DNA of 64,000 nucleotides from NCBI GenBank assembly GCA_964016885.1, contig OZ024745.1, positions 62,558,001-62,622,000 of the forward strand, given 5' to 3'. The DNA is from Eledone cirrhosa. Lineage: Eukaryota. The notes below the pieces were generated by a model. That model searched no databases and was not told where the DNA came from. It saw only the letters and a program-made list of their open reading frames with translations. Shown piece after piece: positions 29,199 to 40,164 of this stretch (position 1 is its first letter; the number at the start of each line of letters is the position of its first letter). Made by a program: the position numbers and the translations under genes.

Positions 29199-29201
<3 letters not shown>
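28361..29201. mobile_element. TA-embedded module, family C: partial tandem (585-nt period) plus inverted 3' end
   Basis: Direct repeat TAAAATATTATAAAAAGGAATAATAGA at 28361-28387 and 28946-28972. Inverted arms at about 28770-28972 / 29002-29202. Confidence 0.85.
28413..28503 (-). ncRNA. Type I hammerhead ribozyme, U3-A8 variant, extended stem II
   Basis: Minus strand: TCTC TTGATAA GCTGG..TCACTA..TAGTGA CCAGC GAA ACTGTACAGT C|GGGA. Stem III is a perfect 10-nt palindrome with a GUC triplet. Confidence 0.85.
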
Positions 29202-29288
<87 letters not shown>

Positions 29289-29423
29289 CATATATTAATT
29301 AAAATAACAGATTAATTAATTAAACGGTTCTTATATATTTGATATATATTTATCCTTATGGAGCCCTCTTTGGATTTTAGTCTTCAAATTTATTATTATT
29401 ACTATATATATATATATATATAT

Positions 29424-31318
29424 AAGTAAGATGTATGGTAGGTCGTATGTGAATCGCGATGATCACGCCTGACCTACCAAATTTGCGACGGTAGCTAGTT
29501 AAGCTCTATGCGTATAAGCAGAGCAGAAATATTAATGAAAAAGAACAAAGGAACTATTATGACATTATAACAAGTTTATTGCCGACAGCCGTTTCTTCCG
29601 ACCATATGGTGGGACTTTTGAAGGCATGTAACAGGTGAATGTAAGTTCATTATTTACATCAACGTTTCACTCAAGATTAGCAGTTTGAAATTGTGGTATA
29701 CATCAGCAGCTCTGCTTGTATATTTGGGGTCTATATTCTAAGGGGGCTCTTTTATATTAGTTGTCGGAGTTGTAAAAGGGATAGGTTGTGGGGAGTTAAG
29801 AGAATTTGAAAAGGGCCTAAGAGTCAGGGATTGAAGGTTAAAAATTAGATAATTTATAATTTACGCATTAAAAGTAAAAGACTTGGGATCTCATAGAAGC
29901 ACCTTAAAAAATCCCTCAATAAGTGCATAAAGCTTATAAGCCCCAATAAACCTAACAAACCAGAAGAGATTGAGAGGCTAAAAAAAAAAAAAAAATAAAA
30001 ATATAAAGTTTCCTAAAAAAATATAAATTTTCCTAAAAAATTCCTTCGAAAGAAAAAAATCTTTTTCCCAAAGAAAAAAAAAAATGTCTTCCCTAGAGAT
30101 CACGTTAAAAAATTTCAGAACATTTACGAAGTTTTGATAATCCCTACTAAGTTGAAAGAAACTAATCAATTAAAGGTTAATTCAAAAAGCCCTAAAAAAA
30201 TCCCTCAGTAAAGGCCCCTTTAATATTTTTAATAAGAACCTCTTCCGAGAGACCCTTCGAAGAATTAAAATTTTAGAGAGCATTTAAAGATATATATAAA
30301 CGAATTGAGGAAAATTACAAATTAAAAGTTAAAAATTACGGGATTTGGGATATCCGAGGAATTTTCAAAGGGCTGCTTCAACAGATACAACTTAGGTATA
30401 ATAGATAAAATAATTAAAGTAATTTAAGTAATTTAATTAGGGAGCAATTCAAAGAGCTTATCAAGTTGGGCAAGATTAAAGAAAATGATAAGTAAGAAAA
30501 TACATAAGCAAAAAGAAAATAATTATAAAATGTATTTTTAAGAAGGTATAAGGTAGCTTCAGTAATCTAATAATGTACTATCAAAAAATTATTATAAAAT
30601 TACTAATACAGGATTAACAAAGACATAATAATATATTCCTGCCTAATTAACAAACAATCAATAAACAATTAACAGTCAAGCAAAATTAGCTCAGGGATAT
30701 CCCGCGCTCGGATACTTTACACACATACAGCAACACATAGGATTAACAAAGACATAATGGTATATTCCTGCCTAATTAACAAACAATTAATAAACAATTG
30801 ATAGTCAAGAAAATGTACTCAGGGATATCCCACGCACGGATACTTTACACACATACAGCAAGATGAACAATACAGGTGACCTTGTGGGTGCGATATCCAT
30901 TGTGCGCATGTAGTCATCTGCATAGCTCCAGGCACAGTTTTTAAGGTGCTTCTACGAGATCCCAAGTCTTTTACTTTTAATGCGTAAATTATAAATTATC
31001 TAATTTTTAACCTTCAATCCCTGACTCTTAGGCCCTTTTCAAATTCTCTTAACTCCCCATAACCCATCCCTTTTACAACTCCGACAACTAATATAAAAGA
31101 GCCCCCTTAGAATATAGACTCCAAATATACAAGCGGAGCTGCTGATGTATACCACAATTTCAAACTGCTAATCTTGAGTGAAACGTTGATATAAATAATG
31201 AACTTACAATCACCTGTTATATGCCTTCAAAATCCCACCATATGGTCGGACGAATCGGCTGTCGGCAATAAACTTGTTATAATGTCATAATAGTTCCTTT
31301 GTTCTTTTTCATTAATAT
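29424..31318. mobile_element. TA-embedded inverted element, family D, copy 1
   Basis: Tail-bearing minus arm 29424-30936 and tail-less plus arm 30937-31318. Degenerate HHRs at about 29580-29626 (-) and 31222-31267 (+). Internal 129-bp tandem duplication at 30610-30861. Confidence 0.9.
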
Positions 31319-31329
31319 ATATATATATG

Positions 31330-31422
<93 letters not shown>

Positions 31423-31425
<3 letters not shown>

Positions 31426-32786
31426 CGTTTCTGAATTTGTTTACCAAGATTCTATATCTGAAAAAGTGTGTTGAAACCGATATTGTTATGCTTTGGGAGG
31501 GTCATGCTGCTAATAAGAAACACACGCACCAGTTGCTTTCACTCCAATTTATTATAAATTAAATTTATATATTTAAGAATTTGTAAATATCCGGTTGGTT
31601 GGTTCCATAACCGGACGGTTGTTCATATATTGTCAAAGTTCTTTCGTCACATATTCTGTGACCTCTTCATTGATTCTTTTCTTTGTTTTGTTCCTCTCCT
31701 TTGTTCTGTCCTACGCCATCTTGTTTTTGTGTGTGTTCTGTGCTTAGTTTGCGCATGTGTTACATCCGGGTGTCGGTGTGTTACTGGTTAGTTGTTTGTT
31801 CTATGTGTGTGTGTGTTTTCTTGTGGTCCTTAATTGTAAGTTGTGATGTTGCTATTCCATTCATGTTTTCTATTTAATTTTGGTTGGAGTTCATTTATGT
31901 TTATTGCCTCTGCGATTTGTCTAAACATTGCGTCTTTTCTGTGTGTAGATTCTATTTTTATTTCTATGTTCTCTAATTTGCCCTTATGTTCTATTTTAGC
32001 ATGTTGGTGGATTTAGCATGTTGATGATTCTTGAAATTCTCTCCAGTGTTCATTTAACCGTTCTCCTATACTACGAGATGTCTCACCTATGCACGCTATA
32101 TTCTTATCTTTACATTGTCCTTCAGTACATCTTATGCTATATACTACATTTCTAATTCTACAGTTACAGGGGGGCGTAGTATACAGATTATGCATTTCTT
32201 ATCTATACTGGGAGGTCTTTGAAAAGGGTATGTATTGCTAATAAGTGTTTTTATGGAGGTACCTGGTTTTTCTATCTTAATATTTAGTTTATGTTTATCT
32301 AGGACCCTTCTAAATGTATAAGCTAATTCACCTCTAGGGGCTGTATTGATGAACGTTACACTCTGGTATTTATTGCTACCATACCATGAGTTTATTCTAT
32401 TAACCTTATTCCTAGTTCTTTCTATTCTATTCCAAAATTTGCTCCTATACAATGGGCAGGTCCCATTTGTATCATTATTTACCATTGTTTCCCATTTGCT
32501 TCTGGCTCCACTATACACTCTGATTTTATCTCTCTGATTGTAATCAGAGAACTACATACGGTGGATGAAGTGTTGTATGTGTGTCTCTAGTTCTTTGGGG
32601 TTGCACATGCGGGACACGTTTCTCATCACCCGTACCAAATCCGCAATCAGTATGTTGATTTGGTGTCATCCGAAACAGCTGAGTTTCGGTGGATCAGATA
32701 TTTGGAAGTCATGGGTTTGGGAAAATGGGAATGGAGGATTTGTTTTTTGTTATTAATGGTTTCTAACCAGAGCTCTGTGTCTAGTA
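31423..32786 (-). mobile_element. PLE family A, 1.36 kb 3' fragment with tail
   Basis: ORFs 32144-32518 and 32013-32195 (NVVYSIRCTEGQC..CIGETSRSIGERLNEH). HHR remnant at about 31633-31673. The 3' end is at (TA)n. Confidence 0.92.
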
Positions 32787-33149
32787 AAGAGAGCTGTTTA
32801 CATTAATATGTGTCAGGAAGTAACGAGCCAATGCTTAAATATGAAGTAACTTCAAAAGTATGAACAACCTGAATGATCAAGTCCTTCATAGAATCTTCCC
32901 GGAGATAACAGAATTCAGAGATTCGCAGACATGGGAATAGGTAAAGAAAGATGAATTTAAGGAATCTACAGAGGGAATGCTAATGATTGCACGGGAGAAG
33001 GACAATAAAACAATAAAGGAAAACCAAGGACAATATAATGAAGGAAGTGATTCGATATGAAATCATTAGAAGAGTTAGGAAAATGTTAAATCACATCTGA
33101 ATAGTAGAAATGCCAGAAGTGTAATGCATTCCCGAGCCGTGTCTAGGTA

Positions 33150-34170
33150 CAGTGCGGGAATTCTTAAATCGAATGTAAATAAACAAAACATACAGGATAG
33201 AAAGACAATGAAATGAATGACTACCTACAGTATGCTTTCTAAATAGGATGTTGCTGATAGACGTAAAGAGAGGCGGGAGAGGTTTTATGAGCGTGGAGGA
33301 CTGTGCGTGGAATGTGTGACTGAATGAAAGGAGCCAAAGCATAAGACAGTATCGAAGACGGAAATAATAGACCAAGGCATGTCCAAGAATGAAGTACCGC
33401 AACGAGGAAGAGTATCCTGTATGACATGCTCTACATAGATTCTTCTTAACAAAACCGAAGTGAGAGATCCTTGGAGGGGATACTAATGGGTATACAGTAG
33501 CAAGCTCTTAGAACGTAGAGGATGAAACATCATGTTGACAAGGAGGAAGCTAGCCCGCTCTATAGGATCTGTGGAGAGAAAGAGGGAGACGAATGTGTGG
33601 ATCACACCGTATCCGAGTGTAAACACCATATCCGAGTGTAAACACCGTATCCGAGTGTAAATAAAGGGTAGAGGCATAATGGCGTCAGAAAAGTGCACCA
33701 CTGGCATTTATACAAACTCAATGATTTAGCCCACTTTGGAAAGTATTATGAGCATGGGCCATAGTCTGGGATTAAGAAAATGATCGTGTGAGTTGCTGTG
33801 GGATTTCAGGATACAAACAGATAAAGAATTAGTACACAATGGTCCCGACTTAGTGATGTTTTACAAGGAAAGATAATCTTGTTTGATTATAGATGTAGTC
33901 TGCCACTTTGACACAAGAGTGCGAAAGCATATAAGAAAATTAACCGGTATTAGGATCTAAAGTGACAACTGAAAAGGATTTGCGTCTGTCATAAAATGAA
34001 AGTCGTATCCATTGACATAGGAACAACTGGGACAACCTCAAAGAATTTCCGAGGCTGAATATTAGCCCGGCCATAGTTTATGGAACACTTCAAACGGAAT
34101 GCCTATTGGGAATAGTTATGACCCTCAGATATGTCCTGAACATCTGATGTTGAGGGTAGCGTTTTGATGT
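33150..34170 (+). mobile_element. R4/Dong-like non-LTR retrotransposon relic 1 (CCHC + restriction-like endonuclease)
   Basis: GGRGFMSVEDC, VDHTVSEC, RHN, WDFRIQTDKELVHNGPDLV and LIIDVVCHFD. Confidence 0.8.
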
Positions 34171-34234
34171 TCGTTTGGGAAGACTTTCCAGTTAATTAAC
34201 ATCAAGGACCGAGATATCAAATTCATAATAATGA

Positions 34235-35130
34235 TAACTGATGCGGTCTGTTATCAAAGAAATATAAACATAGACCGAAGTTGGTTAAAACAATGTTTAG
34301 TGGTAGGAATATGATACTTGCTCTCAAAACATTCGCTGTCGAAGCTCTAATGGATATTTCTAGTGTAATAGAGTTGATTTTGATGAACGTAAGGAATTTG
34401 ATAAAAAGACCAGGGAAATGATGACACTACACCAAGAAAGTGACGTCGACAGGTTGTATTTATCACGACAGAGTGGTGAAAGAAATCTCATCAGGTGTGA
34501 AATGTGTGTCATCTCTGAGGAAAGTAATCTCACAGGGTATGTAAAGAATTCAAAGGAGATATTAATGGAAGAAGTAAGAAATATAAAGATCCTAAACAGT
34601 AAGAAGCACAGGAAAACGTAGAATATAAACATGACATACAGAATAAGAACATGCAAACAAAAAGTATGATCAATTATTGTGTGATATGTCTGACATAGTA
34701 GACAAAGGTAAGGGCTGTGAATGGTCTAGGAAAATCGATTTAAAAATTTGAAATTTTAAGCCATTATTTTCATAGCCCAGGAACAAGCACTGAGAATGAA
34801 TTATCATGTTCAATATTTACAAGTCAGTTTGGTGAGAATGTTGAAATAATAAACCAGATTATTAGTGAATGTGAGATGCTTGCTCAAAATGAGTACAAGA
34901 TAAGGCACGACAAAAATGTCACGTTGGTTCATTGCAATCTCATTCATAAGCATGAAATTAGAGAAATGGTATGAGCACAAACAGGAAAGGGTTGCTGAAA
35001 ACGATTTTGTGGGACGTGACTACCCAGTGCGACCATTGTATCGTAACTTGAAAACCTGACATTGTTGTCGTAGTAAAGAAGAATAACAAGGAAAGTATTA
35101 TAGATATTGCTTTAAGAGGGTTTTAGAAAG
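34235..35130 (+). mobile_element. R4/Dong-like relic 2
   Basis: LHQESDVDRLYLSRQSGERNL, AQEQALR, SECEMLAQNEYKIRHD and KPDIV. Confidence 0.8.
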
Positions 35131-35232
35131 TTGAATGATCGGAAATGAACCAAAGTACCTTTGGCCATCGGTTATGCATCGGTATAACATCTACCAGAGG
35201 AAAAGCGTTATGAATGATGATGATAACAATAA

Positions 35233-35414
35233 AATAATTGTGTCTACTTTTGGCACAAGGTCAGCAATTACCCCAGTGTATTACTGGTACTTTATTTTAA
35301 TTGATCCCGTAAGGATGAAAGCCAAAATTAACTTCGGCGGGATTTGAACTCAGACCGTAAAGGGACTTAACTATGCTGGAAAGCATGGTGGCCGACCCTC
35401 TACCGATACTGCCA
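35233..35414 (-). mobile_element. SINE, full length
   Basis: Matches the consensus with box A and box B. Confidence 0.9.
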
Positions 35415-35419
35415 AAGGA

Positions 35420-36360
35420 ACTTACACATGACGGGGGTGTATTACATGAAAGCTTACGACATGGTACTCCAGAGTTAGATATTAAAGTGTCTGAAATTTT
35501 CTCAAGTACAAAACAATGTAATTATATTTATATAAAAATATTGATGAACAGCTGATAAACAGTTAATTTCATGTGGGGATCTGCCTTGGCTCTATCATCC
35601 TACGATCGGCATTATTTCATGGAGACAATTGATCAGCACTCTTATTTGACATCTGTATGATATCCTTTAGAAAAGTGAAACTGCGACATTTGCTAGATGA
35701 TATTAACATCAATCACCTGTTATTCATGGATGATTTAAAGCTGTTTGCGGAAAATAAGGACTAAATTGGCAGCTTAACATCTACCGTAACCCTGATTAGT
35801 CAGGATATGAGGATGGAGTTTGGGATAAAGGATAAGTGGTGTTGCAACATTGAAACGTGGAAAGCTAACAAAGAATAAATGGATTGAGCTTGCAAATTAC
35901 CAGACTATTAAAGAAGTTGGATAGCAATACTATACTCAATTGGGCGTCGTTGGATAAGATTAAATACAAAAGAAATGAAGTTGATAAAAAAAGAATACTT
36001 TACGTCTTAACGTAATGGAAGGGATCAGTTCAACGTTACGAGTACATGGGCTGAATACTGCTGATACAGTATCCCCTAATTGATGCAAGAAGAGAGTGAT
36101 AAAATAATTTGAAAATGAATGGAAATATAAACTTATGCATGGACAGTACACTAGATACAAACTAGACATTGATTGAGAAAGAACTGGTCAAGGCTTCAAA
36201 AAGGTGCCCTGAAAGTATGAACCAAAATTATGGAGTGGAGCTCTCAGAAGCAGACTCTTCGAATTATCTACATTAAATACCAAGACGACAAGATTAAATG
36301 ACAATTAGGTAGAATGTGTGGAAAAAGGGAGAAACGGTTAGTTATATTGTAAGTGAAAGT
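35420..36360 (+). mobile_element. R4/Dong-like relic 3 (RT core to zinc knuckle, internally deleted)
   Basis: NHLLFMDDLKLFA, MEFGIK, LMHGQY and RMCGKK.ETVSYIVSE. Confidence 0.8.
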
Positions 36361-37272
36361 TTTAATATCAGAGAAATGTAAGTTTGTCAAAGCAATTAAA
36401 TTATACAAATATAAATATCTAGAGAACCTGAATGAGATTGACTAAAACAGATACACAATCTATAATAATAGGTGATGTGAGAAGGATACAAATGCCCAGA
36501 GGCATATATATAACGAATACCAATGGTATATCACGGGCAAAGTTTTAACGTCTCTCTATTCTATCCGAACTGTATCCGAATTGAACAAGCATATTCTTAC
36601 TAACACACATTCTCAGTATTTTAGACATTTTTAACGTCTAAACATGTTACTTAAATTAAATGTATCGATACAACACATTTTCAATAAAATTTTAATTGTC
36701 ATCTATCACAGTGAATGGGAAACATAGGTTATCATTTACTGCCCTAATAATAAACACTGCAATATGTGTGTGAAAGTATCATCACAAAAGTGGAACATGT
36801 AAACGATTTTCTGACAAATGTAATACTGTTTGCAACACCTGTTCATATTATTTATTTGTCTATATATTCATTTGCTTTTTAGTTAGACAGTGTTTTAACA
36901 ATAAGAACAATTGCATATTTCAAAAACAGCTGTGCTATTGCCACTTTAAAATGTAAGACAATAAGTATATGTTAATATGACGGAACAGACAATCCTATGA
37001 CAATTACCTCTTAAACGATTCATCAAATTTTATTTAGCTTTGCATTAAAGTGTTTTCCATTAAAGTGTTTTATTGATTTATGTTATAGATAGGATTTTGT
37101 TTTTAGTGAACAGCTTGTGTCAGAGTTAAAAGACTTGGCATTTCTAAATATAATAATTCTATTGCTTTATGAATATAAACAATGCAAGAAAGGCTACATT
37201 TTATAAATATCCAGATATATATTACAAGTCGTATTGCTTGTCGTGTATAAATAAATAAATAATTAAATATGC

Positions 37273-37306
<34 letters not shown>

Positions 37307-37319
37307 GCCTGTGTGTGTA

Positions 37320-37387
<68 letters not shown>

Positions 37388-37419
37388 TATGCATATATAT
37401 ATATACATGTATATGTGTG

Positions 37420-37552
37420 TGTCCATATAAAAACGCATAAAGAGAGGGGGAAGTGGAAGTAAGAGACAATAACACACACACATATGTATAGCTGGTTGGT
37501 TGTTTAATTATCAAAGCTCTTTCGTCACACATTCTGTGACCTCCTTAATCAT
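37420..37552 (-). mobile_element. Fragment carrying a family-A-type HHR with a different 3' end
   Basis: Minus strand: GAGGTCACAGAATGTGTGACGAAAGAGCTTTGATA. The core is degenerate and the fragment ends in a microsatellite. Confidence 0.6.
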
Positions 37553-38272
37553 TAAATTTGTAGTTATTTTGTGTCATTTAAATTAACCTCTTCCGTTCCA
37601 TCACTCATGTGCACGACCCCGAGATACTTGAACCTTTCCATGTGCTTCAATGGAAATTAATTCACATGTAGAGTGTCTCCGTCTTCTCAGTACTCATTTT
37701 CAATCTAGCCTTGTTAGTATCTTCAAACACTTAAATATAGCTGTCATAATTATCCATGTTTGTATATTCTAACGTATTATGTTTAAATATAGTTTTGTGT
37801 AATATTACGCTATTTTGTTATATCATTGTGTCAATTACATTTAGAAAACATATACTACACACTTTGCAGTAACTTCAGTATTTTGTGGGAATTTACAGAA
37901 CGGTGCTTGCCAAATAAATTTTAACATGGTTATCACTGGATATATATAACTCTAGATGTATTGTTTGCTTTCTTTCTCTTTCTCTGAACTTTGATTGTTA
38001 TATTTCAGGCGAAAGATATTTGTTGTGTTAATAATGTCCTCAGGAAACAATATTATAAATGTCAACTATAAATTTTAAATATCGTTAAAATGCTGTAACG
38101 TTGATCAGTCTATAACGTTCTACTTATATTAATATAAACACATACATGTATATCCATATAAAATGGCACATATTGATATGTGTAGACACCATTTTAATCA
38201 CTCGTGCATTAGTAACAGTAAGTATACTTGTTATTCTATTGTTCTCTCTATGTTAAGTTTCTAGCATATCTA

Positions 38273-39208
38273 AATAATTGTTTCTACTTTTGGAACAAGG
38301 CCAGTAACTACCCCAGTGCATTACTGGTACTTTATTTTATCGAACCCGAAAGGATGAAAGGAAAAGTTAACATCGGCGGGATTTGAACTCAGAACGTAAA
38401 GGGATATAACTCTATGCTACAAAGTATGGTGTGTGAGGCTCTACCGATATTGCCAATCGACCAAAGAATGAGTTGTACTGGATTTATTCGTTCAACTGGA
38501 TTTATTCAGTCAATTAGTAGTCAAATGTCTCTCTGAGTAGTCGGAAATCTAGAAGCATTAAACAATGGAGATATCTCCAGCAATTTACTCAAAACATTAT
38601 TTATCGGTAGAGAGTCGGACGCCATGCTTTCCAGCATAGTTACGTCCCTTTGCGGTCTGAGTTCAAACCTTGCCGAGGTTGACTTTGCCTTTCATCCTTA
38701 CGGAGTCGATAAAATAAAGTACCAGTAATGCACTGGGTAATTGCTGGCCTTGTGCTTAAAGTAGAAATAATTATTTTAGAAGCTGTACGGATCTGTTCTT
38801 TAAACGGAATGGCATATAACAACTGATATAGCTTGACCTTGTTAAATTGATTCAGCGTGTTGTAAGAACAAATTAATTAATATACGTAGAATTATATCGA
38901 TTATATTGGAGTTGATAATCAAGATCAAGAATATCGCCAAAACAAATACTTTAGAGGAATGTTTTGCACGATAGATACAAAAACGGTACATTTTACCAAA
39001 ATAACATTTAGTAAAATGAACAACACTCATTGAACTTATCCATATAATTAATTGTTTCTACTTTAGGCACAAGGCCAGTGCATTACTGGTACTTTATGTT
39101 ATCGACCCCGTAAGGATGAAAGGCAAAGTCAACCTCGGCGCGATTTGAACTCAGATCGTAAAGGATGGCGTAAAGCATGGCGTCCGACCCTCTACCGATA
39201 CTGCCAAT
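38273..39208. mobile_element. Three SINE copies: 38273-38460 (-), 38600-38775 (+), 39050-39208 (-)
   Basis: Each matches the consensus. Confidence 0.88.
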
Positions 39209-39476
39209 AATGACAATACTTTAGTCACGTGGTGTTTAAAAAGTGAGAATCCAGAAACGCAACATAGGCTCGGGGAGTTTCTTTACACCCTCTACTGGGA
39301 GAAATAGACATGTTTTGGTTATATGAAACATCAGGACGAGAATATATTCATTTTATTTGGTAATATCATCAATGACCAATAAACATAGAGAAATATTAAT
39401 CATCCTCTGTATGTTAATTTCAAATGCATATTGAGTATAATAGTTTTCATGGAGGATGAGTAATAATGACACACAC

Positions 39477-39510
<34 letters not shown>

Positions 39511-39516
<6 letters not shown>

Positions 39517-39696
39517 CAGATTAAAGTTTAAGCAAAACATCGCTGGTTTGACCCTGAAACGTTTCAGAAGATACCGTTAAGGGTCAAACCATCGATTCTT
39601 TGCTTAAACTTTAATCTGTTATTTTGATAAATTGTTATTTTGATAAATTGTTATTTTGATAAATTGTTATTTTGATAAATTGTTGCTCTACGGTTT
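39511..39696 (+). mobile_element. TA-embedded hairpin module, family G, with degenerate HHR
   Basis: Arms 39511-39555 / 39580-39624. CAGAAGA tACC gttaag GGTc AAAC cATCGAT. The tail contains a 16-bp unit repeated four times. Confidence 0.7.
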
Positions 39697-39699
39697 TAT

Positions 39700-39737
<38 letters not shown>

Positions 39738-39800
39738 GAGAAACAAGAAAATTATAAAATTATAAAAAAATTATAAAATTGACTTACTTACTAAAATATC

Positions 39801-39882
39801 ACTTCCAACTATTTAGTTTCTGGAATGGAGTAAATATATTTTCCGAAGAATATATAGTAAAGCATTCCGTCGTCAGGAAAGT
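39801..39882 (-). ncRNA. Type I hammerhead ribozyme in a TA-embedded fragment (39738-39895)
   Basis: Minus strand: ACTTTC CTGACGA cGGAATG..ATATATTc-TTCG-gaAATATAT..CATTCCa GAA ACTAAATAGT T|GGAAGT. The first stem II pair is mismatched. Confidence 0.7.
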
Positions 39883-39895
39883 ATATTTTCATGTA

Positions 39896-39947
<52 letters not shown>

Positions 39948-40009
39948 TATCCTTACCGAGCTCTCTTCGAATTTTAGTCCTCACATTTATTAGTATTACA
40001 CTATATACA

Positions 40010-40050
<41 letters not shown>

Positions 40051-40164
40051 ATTCTGTTACCCGGAGATTTACGCATCTGCATTGTTGAGGCTTCCAAAAC
40101 GACCCCCCCCCCAAAAAAAAAAATGTATTATTCCATAATACTTCAACCAAACTTCAATATATAT

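Noticed and set aside
30900-30936. YADD on the minus strand at the 5' end of family D (CAWSYADDYM)
   Set aside because: There are no other RT motifs and no downstream thumb or GIY-YIG sequence, so it is likely chance.
39616-39685. 16-bp unit repeated four times (also a 19-bp unit three times at 33605-33662), superficially CRISPR-like
   Set aside because: There are no spacers; these are simple slippage duplications inside eukaryotic retroelements.
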